From: the human T2T-CHM13v2.0 reference genome, Homo sapiens
DNA length: 64,000 nt
NCBI RefSeq assembly: GCF_009914755.1
Contig: NC_060927.1
Strand: one strand, 5' to 3'
Below the pieces are notes generated by a model that saw only the letters and a list, made by a program, of their open reading frames with translations, made no database searches and was not told the origin of the DNA. Positions 26,282 through 40,880 of the stretch are shown piece after piece. Numbering within the stretch: the first letter of the stretch is position 1; every line of letters begins with the position of its first letter. The translations under genes and the position numbers were made by a program.

Positions 26282-27997
26282 AAAAAACCGATAGTTCTTG
26301 CTGATACCTTACAATGGCTGGGATTCCCAGTTGATGGTGGAAATAGTCATGATATGGGGATGGGGAATTAGGAAGTTTACCAGCTCAATGCTTTAATGTA
26401 ATTTACCCAAATTGTATATCTTCCTACTGTGAAGATTCTGGAGGAAATAAAGATGTCAAGACATGCATACACATACACACACATAATATTTATCTTAGTT
26501 AAGTTTTCTGTCAGACTAAATATATACCACTTTTTAATTTAAAGGCTAAATTTCAACTTACACAAATAAACTTGTATTCCCTGCCTAATCTGAACCATGA
26601 GTTACTGAGGATTCTTTGATTTTTTTTTTTAAATTTTGTGGGTTATATCCTACAAAGTTGGGACTTCTGATTTGACAGGAAATGTGAGATTAGCTTCTTT
26701 AATTGGGCCACATACATTTTCTCTTATGACTGTGAAATCCATTTTGTGGTATCTACTTAGGCATCCCAAAAGAGAAAAAATAAAAATCTTTAGAATCAAT
26801 TTAACAAATCAAAGCTTCTTCCTGAAAGGGTAACTGATGTGTAGGCCGCAAAACATCTTGCAAAATTGGCAGTTTTCTGACTATGGAGATAGAGATAATC
26901 CCTATCCACTTTTTGTACTCACACAGTAACTTTAAAAGTAATGTGCTGAATGTCTAGGCATTTCTCAGCCACTTTACTTGGATGGCTCAATGCTGCTCCA
27001 AGAACCGACAATTCCTCTTTCTCTTAGTTTCTTTTCTGCCAAGTTCCCTCCTTGCTGACGGAGACACCATCTGCTGCATGTGCAGTGACTGAGGCATCAC
27101 TGAAATTCTGCTGTCAGTTTTATTCCAACATTCAAACAATTGCTAGTTTATTTTTGAAGCAGATTTCCACTCTAAAGCTCCTCATTTAAGCTTCAGTCAT
27201 CCCATAACAGTTATCAGTCATGTTGCTATTTGCAACCTCAAGGCAGATGTTCTAGAAGCAGCCTTTCATTGACTTGCCTTCCATCAGCCATTAGTGTGTT
27301 TGTGGAAGGTGGATGCCCTTCATGCCGGATACTTTCCTCATTATGTCAGTAGAAACTATAGAGGTTGGGAGTGAGTCTGGATTGGTGGTGTGGGGGTCAA
27401 GAATTAGAAAACTGTGGCTATTCAACCAGTTAGCACAGAACGCCACCAGAAAAGCCACTGCAAAGGGCTTCTCAGAATGTCACTGTACAATCACAGATAA
27501 TGTCTTGTTCCCCCATATGATAAATCCCCAAGTGGAAGCAGGGCTCTTGAGGGCCCTTTCCCATAACTAAAAAAACCTCATCTTTCTCACTGTCTCATTT
27601 GTTCCAAGTGTCTTTCTGGACTCTTCTAACTACTTCTGCTTCTGACATTTATCCACTGAGTAGAAGGCAATTTGGCAAAGGGGCTGAAGAGCATGTGCAC
27701 TGAGGTTAGAGATACTTACTTTTGAAACTGAGTTTCCCTATTTGCTGGTCCAAGCCCCAGAGTCCTTAATATAGACTTTATGCACATTGTTGTGAAAATG
27801 AATTATATAATGTTTGCAAAGTGCTGAGGGATGATAAGCGCTCTGTTTCTCTCTCACACATTTTCACTCTTGCTCTTTCTCTTGTTCACTCTGTATGTTT
27901 CCATATATGTATGTATATGTATATGTGTCATACAATGATCTATCATACACACACAAACACACACATACACACACACACACAAAGAGATAGCTAGAGA

Positions 27998-29481
27998 GAG
28001 TCATACATCCCTGAACAACAAGGATACATTTTTAGAAATGGGTTGCTAGGCTATTTCGTCCATGAACATCGTAGAGGGCACTTACACAAACCTAGATGGT
28101 ATAGTCTACTACATGCCTAGGATGTATGGAATAGCCTATTGCTTTTAGGTTGTAAACCTGTACAGTATGTTACTGTATTGAACATTGTCAGTTGTAACAC
28201 AATGGTGCAATGGTATTTGTGTATCTAAACATATTTAAATATAGGCAAAGTGCGGTAAAAATATGATATAAAAGGCAAAAAAATGGCACATCTGTACAGG
28301 GCATGTACCATGAATGCAGCTTGCAAGACTGGCAGTTGTTCTTAGTGAGTCAGCGAGTGAGTGATTAGTGAATATCAAGGCCTGGGACATTACTGTATAC
28401 TACTGTATACTTTATAAACACTGGACACTTAGGCTTCACTAAATTTATTTAAAAATATTTTTATTCAATAATACAGTACCTTTAGCTTGGATATTTTTAC
28501 TTTATAAACTTTTAATTTTTTTAACTTTTTTGTAATAACGCTTAAAAACATTGTATAGCTGTAGAAAAAATATTTTCTTTCTTTATATCCTTATTCTACA
28601 TACTTTTTTCAAATTTAATTTTTTTTTTTTTTTTTTTTTGAGACAGAGTCTCACTCTGTCCTCCAGGCTAGAGTGCAGTAGCACAATCTCAGCTCACTGC
28701 AACCTCTGTCTCCCGGGTTCAAGAGATTCTCCTGCCTCAGCCACCCCCAAGTAGCTAGGACTACAGGTGCAGGCCACCATGCCCAGTTAATTTTTGTATT
28801 TTTAGTAGAGATATGGTTTCACCATGTTGGTTAGGCTAGTCTCGAACTCCTGACATCAAGTGATTGACCCGCCTCGGCCTCTGAAAGTGCTGGGATTACA
28901 GGCATGAGCCACCGCACCCTGCCTATTTTTAAAATTTTTTTATTATTTTTTTTTACTTAAAAGCTTTTCGTTAGAAACAAAGGCACAAACGCACGAATTA
29001 GCCTAGGCTAACACAGGGTCAGGATGATCAACGTGGAGGTCTTCCACCTCCACATCTCCCGACTGGAAGGTCTTCAGGGGCAATAATGTGCATGGAGCTG
29101 TTATCTCCTATAGCAACTATGATTTCTTTTGGAATACATCCTGAAAGACCTGCTTCAAGCTGTTTTACGGCTATTTTTATAAGTAGAAGAAGTACACTCT
29201 TAAGTAATGACAAAAAGTCATTACTTTTTGTTGCATAGTAAATACATAAATCAGTAACATAGTTGCTTACTATCATTACCAAGTATTATGTACTATACAC
29301 AATTGCATGTGAAATATTTTTATACAACTGGCAGTGCAGTAGGTTTGCTTATACCAGCATCACCACAAACACATGAGTAATGCATTGCTCTATGAAGTTA
29401 TGATGGCTACAACATTCTGTGGGACCACTGTATATATATGATCTGTGGTTAACTGAAACTATATTATGTGGCTCATGACTG
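27998..29481 (+). mobile_element. Tigger3b (MER7/GOLEM) TcMar DNA transposon, interrupted by an Alu
   Basis: Termini agtcat...catgactg; internal 'cacttacacaaacctagatggtatag...aaacctgtacagtatgttactgta'; about 1.18 kb without the Alu. Confidence 0.9.
28619..28923 (-). mobile_element. Alu (AluSz-like) inserted in Tigger3b
   Basis: Full antisense Alu with a long T run. Confidence 0.95.
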
Positions 29482-29543
29482 TGTAACGCAATACAACTGT
29501 GAGATATATACAATGAATTTTGTATCTGTATTGTCAAAAATAA

Positions 29544-29911
<368 letters not shown>

Positions 29912-30221
29912 TCTGTAAGATATTTCTAACTGGGATATTCTGTAGTTACATGGAGCAAACTACTGGTAGATATAGAAGGAAGAAAGCAATTTCCCTTTTC
30001 CCCATTACTCTCATCAGTATCACTATTCATACTGTTTTAAACACCTTCTATTTTCATGATCCTTTCCTGTAAATTTCAACTTCAATTACCTTCTGCAGTA
30101 GGCATAAAGAAATTTATGAATTGATTCAAAGCGTTTTCTTTCCCCAACTTCTCTTTCCATAACATTATGCTTGTTGGTGGAGAAAGTACAATGATAAATT
30201 TAAAAAGTTGACAGTTTAGAA

Positions 30222-30452
30222 CGGAATTTGGCAAACTCCAGCAAGTCAAATCCATCCAGCCCACTGCCTGCTTTTGTAAATAAAGTTTTATTGGCACCCA
30301 GCCACTCCCCTTTTTTTTTTTTTCAGATTGTCTATGGCTGCTTTTATGCTACAATGGCAGAGTTGAATAGTTGCTACTGAGATTGTGTAGCTCATATAAC
30401 CTAAAATATTTACCATCTGACCCTTTGTAGTAAAACAAATTGCCAAGCCCCA
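30222..30452 (-). mobile_element. MER58A hAT MITE
   Basis: 'ttggcaaact...cagcccactgcctgcttttgtaaataaagttttattgg...cctaaaatatttaccatctgacccttt'. Confidence 0.85.
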
Positions 30453-32139
30453 GTCTAAAAGATTCTGAATTGTCTGTGTATGTAAGAGATAGGGTAAGAT
30501 ACAAGTGCATGCATAAACACATTTTAATGCTTTTGAACTTAGATATATCTGCCACAAAAAAACCCACAAAAATATGTAAATTCCAAATTATGTGATGATA
30601 AAGACAAAGGAACAATAAAATCTGCTGAAGGACTACAAATTGGGTAATAGTTCACAGACTAGCTCACATGTCAGTAGAACATCTGAAATTAGTAAAATTT
30701 GGTAACAACAGGTGAGCACAGCAAGTTCTTTCAATAAATATTTAGTGAGTGTCTATTGACATATTCCAATAGATGGAGAATTTACTTAGAGTGAGTATCC
30801 CTCACCTTCTTGTGCCTTCTGCAAGATCTAGTGCAGTACTGCTCACATGGTAAGTTGACAATAAATGCCTGTTATTCAATTGCTGATGAAGTAGTTTGTA
30901 ACAAAGGCATGATAACATTCCACAGCATAAATCATACAATGCTGAAGACACATAACTTCTGGCAAGATTCCTTAGAGAGGATGCAGGAGGGGGTTATTGC
31001 AACTAAAGTTTTGTGATGGATAGGATAGTTCTTGGGTGATGATTATCATTTGTTACTACGATTTAGTGGTTACTCTATCCTTAGTTCTCTGATACTCAAA
31101 ACAGTTTTTTAGTCTGTAATGATTTTCATGACTGGTAGAGAGTATATTCTGTGCTTGAGAATGAAAACTCCCAATAATCTGTGCCCTTTGAAGTAGAGAT
31201 TCAATAAGTGGTACTAATATTAGAATGAACTTGCCAAGGGCAAACTACTCATGGTACTTTGCCATACTTTGCAGCATGGAAACAGTAATTTTATAGAATT
31301 TTCCACTAATAAGCCACTCCTTATGTCTTTGGCCGATGGGAATTAATTTTTTGGATACGGGGCCTAATTGAATTAGCTCATCACCTTAAGCTTATACTAA
31401 TAAATTTGGTGATAGCCTTAAGCTCCCTGCCTTCTCAACTCAGTCCATTTGCATGGTCTTAGTCACTGATGACTTCTAAATCTCCAGGACAGAGCTTTCT
31501 ACTGAACTCAAGATCCACAGAAATATCAAATATATCACTATTTTTCTGTTTATTAAAATGTCTGCCTTTCTTGCTAATTATTAATATCTATAAAAGCAGA
31601 GTCTGTGTCTTTCTTTCTCATGGTTGTACTCCCAGCTTCTACACAGTATCTGGCCCGCTGCCAGCCCCATTAAATGTTTAATGAATGAATAGGTTTTTTT
31701 GTGGACCATCGTGTACCAGACATGGTATTAGGTGCAGAGATAAGATTATTAACTCCTGCCCTAGCATCACTTATGGTCTAGCATTGACATTTCTCTTAAA
31801 ACAGATAAACTAGCTTACCTCTTGATGTTAAACTATTAAAAGACTTGTAAGAATCGTTTTCAATGTATCGTCATTTTTATAGGCTAATTTCATTTTGGGG
31901 AATCAGCCCATTTCAGTCGCAGTTACTCTGGGGCTGTGGGACTGTCCTCCAGGGATGTTCTGTATGACTTTATCTTCCACACACTCACGCAGGAGCACTA
32001 GTGTGCTTGGGTTCATTGAATGTGCACTGAGCCAGAAATGAGCTGTAGAGTAACTTTTAGGAGGGAAAAGGAAAATGAGTATTAGAATCAATTACTCAAA
32101 TGTAAAGAAATTAGCCTATGCTACTTTTTTTTTCATTTA

Positions 32140-32266
32140 GAAAGAGAGGAAGGAAGGAACAAAGAAAGAAATGGAGGATGGAAGAGAGTGATGGAAGGAA
32201 GGAGGGAGGGAGGAAAATTGAGAGAGAGGAAGGGGGGGAAGGGAAGGAAGTAGAAAAGGAGAGGAG
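32140..32266 (+). repeat. Purine-rich (GGAA/GGGA)n low-complexity tract
   Basis: Almost exclusively G/A over about 125 nt; explains ORF 32118-32336. Confidence 0.85.
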
Positions 32267-32349
32267 ACAAGGCTTTCACAAATTTCTGTCCGTAAACAAG
32301 GTTATATGTTTATATTGTTTTAAGAATAAAAAATAATAGTAGCTTTTAA

Positions 32350-32800
32350 ATTCAATAATAGTTATTAACATCATGTAATGAGTACAAGAAACTCTATTAT
32401 ATGCTTTATTAACTTATTTAATCCCAATGACAATCTTAGAAGGTGGGTTCTATTATTAGTCCAATTCTACAGATAAAGAAAGGGAGGCACAGGAAGGGTA
32501 CAGGAGTTTATCAAAATTAGAGAGCTGGGGGTAAGCAGCATTATGCTGATCACAGCAGTCAGCCCCCAGAACCTGCGCTCTGAACAACTTTTCTCTACTG
32601 TTCTCTTTTTCAACATGCTTTTATGGAATATTATCTATGTACCAGATACTTTCACATACCTCATTTTATTTTAACTTCCACAGTAACCCAATGAGCCAGG
32701 GATTTTCAGATGAGGGGAGGGTGCAGAGTTTTGGAGTGACTTACTCAGGATCATTAAGTAGAAATGGGCATGGTTAAAATTCGTGTCTAGGCTTTAAGTC
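32350..32800 (-). mobile_element. Two MIR SINE fragments
   Basis: 'tattattagtccaattctacagataaagaaagggaggcacag' and 'attttcagatgaggggaggg...gtgacttactcaggatca'. Confidence 0.65.
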
Positions 32801-34545
32801 TAACACCTACCTATCCTTTCCCAGCTAAAGCAACTGGCAGAATTTGAAATTGCCTCTCCATTCACATTCATGCCAGAAACCCTTGTTCTAATCTCTGAAG
32901 AACTCTGAGTCGTTGTAATAATTAGTATTTAATAGTAGACAGAGCTTCTTCTTATTGTGTCCTAATAGAGGTTTCCTAGTCACTGAGTGGCAATTCCCAA
33001 TTTTTAGGAGACAGTATATGAGGAGTCAAAGCAGATCAGGAGATTCCCTGGTCCTAGCAGATGTAAGTAGGAGGGGTCACCTGGTATAACCTTGCTGGTC
33101 TAGGGACAGTCTTCAGTGGGAGCTCTGAAAGCACAGCATGGCTGGCAAGAGCCCTAAAACATGTCTTCTAGAGCACAAAAAATGTTCTATCACATTCCAC
33201 CCTTTGAAGTTTTGAAGCTTGACAATAACAATAAAATTAAGTGCCAGAAAGCACCATGTTTTATGATTATTTGATAAAAAGGGCCTCTGATAAGCAAAGC
33301 TCACTCAGATACTTTATGTTTACAAGTCATAAAACAAGTGATGTTGGAAAAATAAAGACAATCCCCATGTCAAGGGAGTAACAATAACAATAACAAAAAA
33401 GCCTGACTTTCCTCAGAGAAGCAAATCTACGGAGACCAAGCTAGAGACTCATCTTTGAGGAATGTTACAAAAGATAATGTCAAAGAAGAGAAGATATATT
33501 TTCTCTTCCTCCGGGGTGACAGGGTATGAGAAGAACTTAAAAGTTTCTACCCATTTCCTTGTGCAGCCTCCTTCCTTTTGAATGCCATGATTTAGATCCC
33601 TTTATAAGGATTTATTTGAAAGAAGCTTCTTATACCATAAGGGCAGTTTGTCTCTCTCTTTTTTAGGCCTTTGTAAATGAACAAAGTAACCACTTGTCCC
33701 ACACAGGGTGCAAAGAGAGGTTTGGTATGGGTTTTACTGTCCATTCAGGCTCTGTATTCAGCAAGTTGTAAGTGAAATCTTTAGAAACCACATAGTGGGA
33801 ATCCTTTGCTTGGGGCACGGGGTGGGGAGGTAACTTTGAAAAACCTATTGAAACTCTGAGAGCTGTTGGGTAGAAACTGTTCTTTTTAGACTTCCTCACA
33901 GGCAGTACGGGAAATAAACACACACAGGAAGTCGTTTAGCCTCTCCGTGAACTTTATGTTGACATTTGCTTACCAAAAAGTCCATTGTGGGTACTTAAAA
34001 AAAAATGCATGCACATGTGTGTGTATCAGTACACACACACACACAACACACAACACACACATATACACACACGTATGTAAACATTTTTTAATTCTCCCAA
34101 ATCATGATGTTCATAATGAATACTGCTAAAATAAAACCAACAATGGGGAAAAAAAAACACAAAAAATATAGGTGTAGAAACCTATAACACTATGTTTTTG
34201 GAGTAGAAGCTACATATACATGATATATTTCTAAACAAATATTTAAGAATCTGCTGCATGGCCTTTCTCACATATTCTTTGCAGTGTTTTATAATAACTT
34301 CTTGACTTACAATGTCATTATTTATGTATAATGTTTGGTTCAGGCTTTTTATCTTTACTTATGTGATTATGGCTTTAGAACTGAAACGACGTTAAAATCT
34401 TCAATGGAGGGTCACTGAATCCTTAATGTGAAGTGGAAATGCTGATTTGAAAGCCAAAGATGAAGGACAATAAATGCATTTTACAGTGGAAAATGAAAAG
34501 ACATAAACAAAAGGGAAGATTACCAGTGTCTAAAAAGTAACCACT

Positions 34546-34853
<308 letters not shown>

Positions 34854-35814
34854 TTATTCAAGCTAGCGAAGACAAAGCGGGAGTCACTGGAATGATACAC
34901 AGGATTCCTATGAAACATGTGACACATCTTATCAGAACCAGAAAGTCCTTGGTTTCTCTCTCTGAGCCACATGGTCCTTCAGCTCTGCTTCTTTCTGTGC
35001 ATCTGCTCCTTCCATTTTGCCTAGTCAGTGGTCATTTAATTGCAATTTCTACTCAAGATCTTCTAGGCAGAAAAGAATAACTTAATATTTGGATAAAGGA
35101 ATGCCTTATGGAGCTCAGAATCAGTAGTGGATCCAGGTATTGCAAGAAACTGGAGCCAAAAACTAAGAAGCCATCCAGAACTGAAACATTTCTTTCACTA
35201 CCTTTGAATAAAATCTTCTCTTATCTCTATTATGGTCTATACTTTTTCTTTCTCCCTCTCCCCGTCTCAGACCCCTGCCTCTCTCACTCCTGCTCTCTGT
35301 TATCCCTTCCCAGACAGACTTTTTTTGTCTGTGGCTTCATTCACACAACTAAATCCCAGTTTTTCCTTGACATCACTTCTTAATTCGAATTCCCTATAGA
35401 GATTTATAATTCATCACATGATATTTCTGTATTTCCAGAAAAGACATCTGATTGGTTCAGTCTTGTTCAGGCCACTACCTGGTTCACTCAGACTCAAGTT
35501 GGGGAAGTCACCTGGAATAACCATGTTTGTATTAAAATGTGCTTCAGCGGGAGCTGTAAGAGGACTAGCTGGACTGCAAAGGCTGCAGAAACATGTCTGC
35601 TACAATAATTATTATAGGATACTCTGGTCTACTAGTATATGTAGTATACTCCAAATATTTTAATAGTACTTACCAGAAAGGGCATAAATTCTCCTTAAGA
35701 CTAAAGCAATATTTTTAATTAGAATATACATAAAGTGGTTTCAGTGTAAATTTATTGGCTAGTTCTAGAATTATCTTGCAATTTCTTCTTGCTGAGGACC
35801 TTCACCAATAGTGA

Positions 35815-36125
<311 letters not shown>

Positions 36126-36379
36126 CTGAGTAACTTTTAAAGGAGACAAATATGGCATCATCACTGATAGCTGAACCTGAGGTAACTTTAGTACATTATC
36201 ACATGATATTCATATTAGCAACAGGAAAAGATGGTATTATTCTATAACAGCAAGCAGTTCCCATTCCTGCATCTTATAACAATCTTCTGCTCTTTTGGAT
36301 CATTGACTTTCTCTACATATTTATATTACCATATACCTATAATGGTTTCTCTTTTAATCTCCCTTTCACAGTGGGATAT

Positions 36380-36670
36380 GTGGTGCAGAAATACAGAAAT
36401 GTTAAGGACATTTCTGAGCTTTATTCTTTCGACACAACAGATTGTTAATAAGATAATTAACCATAATTCTGTTTCCTTTGAACCTTTAATCCTTAGCTCT
36501 GTATCCTTACTAGTTGGTGTGTCCTTAAGCAAGTTGCCCGAACTCTGTACATTCCAATTTCTTCATCAGTAAAATGTGAATAATAACACCTACAACATTA
36601 GATTGTTCTGATGATTCAGAGAGACAATGCATGAAAGATCTGTAGAAGCAGGTGTTCAATTAATATTGAT
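36380..36670 (+). mobile_element. MIR SINE
   Basis: 'ttaatccttagctctgtatccttactagttggtgtgtccttaagcaagtt...caatttcttcatcagtaaaatg...taataacacctac'. Confidence 0.7.
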
Positions 36671-37098
36671 ATTATGATTATAACCATTGCACTTATTATT
36701 CTTAGAGTAAGTATTCTTAGTATACTTATTCTAAGTAAGTATTATTCTTACTTAGTTGATAGTAGTAACTGATTCACATTGCCCCATCCTCATCCCTGGC
36801 TCATCTCTGGTTTCAGCTGCAACTATGATGGACAGTTCTACCTCACCTAGCACTTGACAGCATCCTGCCCGATTTTACTTGTGTACCTTTCCACTTTCTG
36901 CCCATGGGCTTTCTCTGATGCCAAGGGAGCTTGTTTTCTCATGCCCAGACACAGCTTGGAAGTACTGGCAGGATGATTCCCTTGAGGGCAACCCTTACCC
37001 AGTGGCAAAATCTCTAGCTCTCATCTTTCAGTAGACAATTCTAGGTGACATTTTGAACACTTCTCAGAGGCCTCAGCAGGATCCAGGGCCTTTACCTT

Positions 37099-38014
37099 TG
37101 TAAACCGAAAAGTATCTGAGACAGGCTTCAATTCAGAAGTGTATTTTTCCAAGGTTAAGGACATGCTCATGACACAGCCTCAGAAAGTCCTAATATGTAC
37201 CCAAGATGGTCACACTACTGCTTGGTTTTATATATTTTAGGGACATATAAGACATCAATCAATACATATAAGATGTACATTGCTTCAGTCAGGAAAGGTG
37301 GAACAACTCGAAGTGGGTGGGTGGGGCTTCCAGGCCATAGGTGGATTCAAAGATTTTCTGATTGCCAATTGGTTGAGTTTACCTAAAAGCATAGAATCAA
37401 TAGAAGGGAGTGTCTGGGTTTAAGATTAAACGTTATGGAGACCAAGGTTCTTATTATTCAGATGAAGCCCCAGGTAGCAAGCTTCTGAGAGAATAGATTG
37501 TAAATGATTTTATCAAACTTAAAAAGTTGCTACACTCTTAGTTAACTTATCTCCTGGATAAGAAAAGACCTCGAAAGGGAAGGGGATTCTCCACAGAATA
37601 TAGATTTTTCCCACAAGAAATGGATTTGCAGGCCCATTTCAAAATATATCAAAGAAATATTAGGCATAATATGTTGGTGCAAAAGTAATTGGTTACTAAT
37701 ATTTGTTACAACCCAATATTAAATATACTTGGGGGTAAAATACTCAATTCCTTTCAGGGCCTGATATCTGTCATGTTAATATCTTATTGCTACAAAGGGT
37801 CTGCTTTGTCAGCCTTAAGGTCTCTGTTTCAATGTTAATGCTGGTCAGTTGTACCTGAATTCCAAAGGGAGGAGGGTACGATGAGGTACGTCTGACCCCA
37901 TGTTCCCATCATGGCCTGAACTAGTGTTTCAGGTTAGTTTTGGAATGCCCTTGGCTGAGAGGAGGGGGTCCATTTAGTTGGTTGGAAGGTTTAGAATCAT
38001 ATTTTTGGATTATA
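37099..38014 (-). mobile_element. MER4D-like ERV1 solo LTR
   Basis: Starts TGTAAACCGAAAAGTATCTGAGACAGG and ends with the reverse complement of the MER4D 5' end; 4-bp TSD cctt (37095-37098 and 38015-38018). Confidence 0.88.
37670..37716. mobile_element. Truncated MADE1 (Hsmar1 MITE) remnant
   Basis: 'gttggtgcaaaagtaattg' matches the Hsmar1/MADE1 TIR; the other end is degraded ('caacccaata'). Confidence 0.7.
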
Positions 38015-38189
38015 CCTTATAACATAGATCTCAATAACACACATTTATATTGATTCTTCATTTTCTCTCTGTTTCTTCCTTCCTGTTTGCTTTTTGGGAT
38101 TACCTCCCCCCACCCCCAAAACAAACAAACAAACAAACCCAACCCAGTCTTTGTCTTAAAATCTGCTTTGGAAGAACCCAAGCTAAGCA

Positions 38190-38466
38190 GCATTATAGCA
38201 GAATATTTGAGAGCATGAATTCCAATCCAAGAAAGAAGTCTCTGCCTGGATTTGAATCCCAATTCAACAGTTTAGTAGTTATATGACCTTATCTTTTAAA
38301 GTTATTTTATTTCTTTCTTCCTCAGTTTCCTCACCTACAAAATGCAGATTATAATAATAACTACTTCTTAACATTGTTATGAGGACTAATTGAGTCACTA
38401 CAGTATAAATATACTGAAATAGTATTTGATAGATAGTAGGTTGCATGTAAGTGTTAGCTGTTATTA
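38190..38466 (+). mobile_element. MIR SINE
   Basis: 'tgcctggatttgaatccca...cctcagtttcctcacctacaaaatg...ataataactacttc...ttgttatgagg...gtgttagctgttattatt'. Confidence 0.75.
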
Positions 38467-39570
38467 TTTCCCCCTAGCACTTATTAAATTGTGCCTATGA
38501 ATCTTATAGTATTGGTTATTTTCTGCTTCCTCATTGCATTTTTTTTCCTTAGAGCACCTTCCTTCTGCCCCTCCCTTTCTTTCTTTTGTTTGCTAGTGCT
38601 GACTGAGTAGATAGAACAGCAGGTGTTCCCTGGAGCTCTGTAATTTCTGGAAGCATGTAAGAGGCCTCTTCTTTTGTGCTGTGCTCCATTTTTTCTTGCT
38701 CCAGCAGCCCTGACCCCTGATCTGTTGGCAGACACCGGATAATGCTGCCAGCTCTTGGTTATTCAGAGGCTCTTTATCCAGACTCTTTGCTCTTCTTTCT
38801 GGCTGCCTGCCTTTTGGCTGTTAGATGCTCCCTGGCATTGCTCTCAGAGGTCGTGCCAAGGAGGGGAAAGATAGTGGAACTCAGATTTTATGGAGTCTAG
38901 ACAATTAGAATTTGGGGATCACTGGGCTTCAGTTTCAGAGCCATCTCTAACCTTTCTTATCATGGAAAATTCAGTGTCTTTTGCAATAGCAGTATATACT
39001 TTTTAATTGAAATATAAATAAGACATAATAAAATGCAAAGATCTCAAGTGTTCAATTTGATGAGGTCTGGTAAGTATATGCATTCCTAATGTGAGTACAT
39101 AAAAAATAAGATAGCAAACATTTCTATCACTCTAGAATATTATCTTGTTCTCCTTGCTTGACTCCTCAACTGCCCAGCAACCACTTTCTGATTTCTATGA
39201 CTGTGTATTTTCTCCTCATCTTGGACTTCATATAAATAAATAACACACATCTATTCTTCTGTTCCTGTCTTCTTTTATTTGGCATGATTTTAAGATTTAT
39301 CCATGTCTGTGTATGTATCAAAAGTTTATTTTTGATATCTGAAGATTATTTTATTTTATAAATGTACTCCATTTTTAAAAATCCATTCTCTTGTTGATAG
39401 ACAGTGGGCCATTTCCAGTTTGGGGCTGCTGTGAATAAAGCTGCTATTCATATTCTTATAAAATATTTTTGTGTATATATTTTTTTCTTTTGGGTAAATA
39501 ACTAGGGGTATAATTGTTGGGTCATAGGTAGAAGCATGTTTAATTTTATTTTTATCTTTTTCTTTTTTAA

Positions 39571-39875
<305 letters not shown>

Positions 39876-40172
39876 TATTTATTTGTTTTAAGACGGAGTT
39901 TCTCTCTGTTGCCCAGGCTGGAGTGCAGTGGCACGATCTTGGCTACTGCAACCTCTGCCTCCCAGGTTCAAGCGATTCTCCTGCCTCAGCCTCCCGGATA
40001 GCTGGTATTATAGGTGCCCACCACTATGCCTGGCTAATTTTTTTGCATTTTTAGTAGAGACGGGGTTTCACCATGTTGGCCAGGCTGGTTTCAAACTCCT
40101 GACTTCAAGTGATCCACCCACCTTGGCCTCCTAATATGCTAGTATTACAGGTGTGAGCCACCATGCTCTGCC
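39876..40172 (-). mobile_element. Alu (AluSz-like)
   Basis: Full antisense Alu; TSD tgtttaattttat (39537-39549 and 40173-40185) encloses both minus-strand Alus. Confidence 0.95.
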
Positions 40173-40194
40173 TGTTTAATTTTATAAAATGCTA

Positions 40195-40495
<301 letters not shown>

Positions 40496-40880
40496 AATGT
40501 AAGCCAACAGTTCTTCAAAGTAGCTGTATCATTTTACCCATCCATGAACAGTATTTGGGAAGTTTAGGTCTATAATAACTAACCAACATTTAGTGTTATC
40601 AGTCTTTCTGGTTTCAGCCATCCTTGTGGGTATGAACTGGTATATTATTGTAGCTCTATTTTGCATTTCCTGGATGACTAATGATTTTGAACATTGTTTA
40701 CTGTATTTACTGGCCAATCCGTTATCTTCCTCTGTGTATTGCTTTTGCAAGTCTGTAATGGCAGTGTGGTCAGGCCAGTTTGACCATTGTTTTTGAGCCC
40801 TTGCTCTCAGTCACCCAGAATAAAAATGTGAGTGTCTGGAGTTCTATGATAGATGCAAAAAAGTTCATGGAATCATCTAT

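Larger units (their letters stand above)
36764..38189 (+). mobile_element. LTR16C-like ERVL LTR split by a MER4 LTR
   Basis: 5' part 'gctcatctctggtttcagctgcaact...ggacagttc'; 3' part after 38015 'gggattacctccc...gtctttgtcttaaaatctgctttggaagaacccaagctaag'. Confidence 0.65.
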
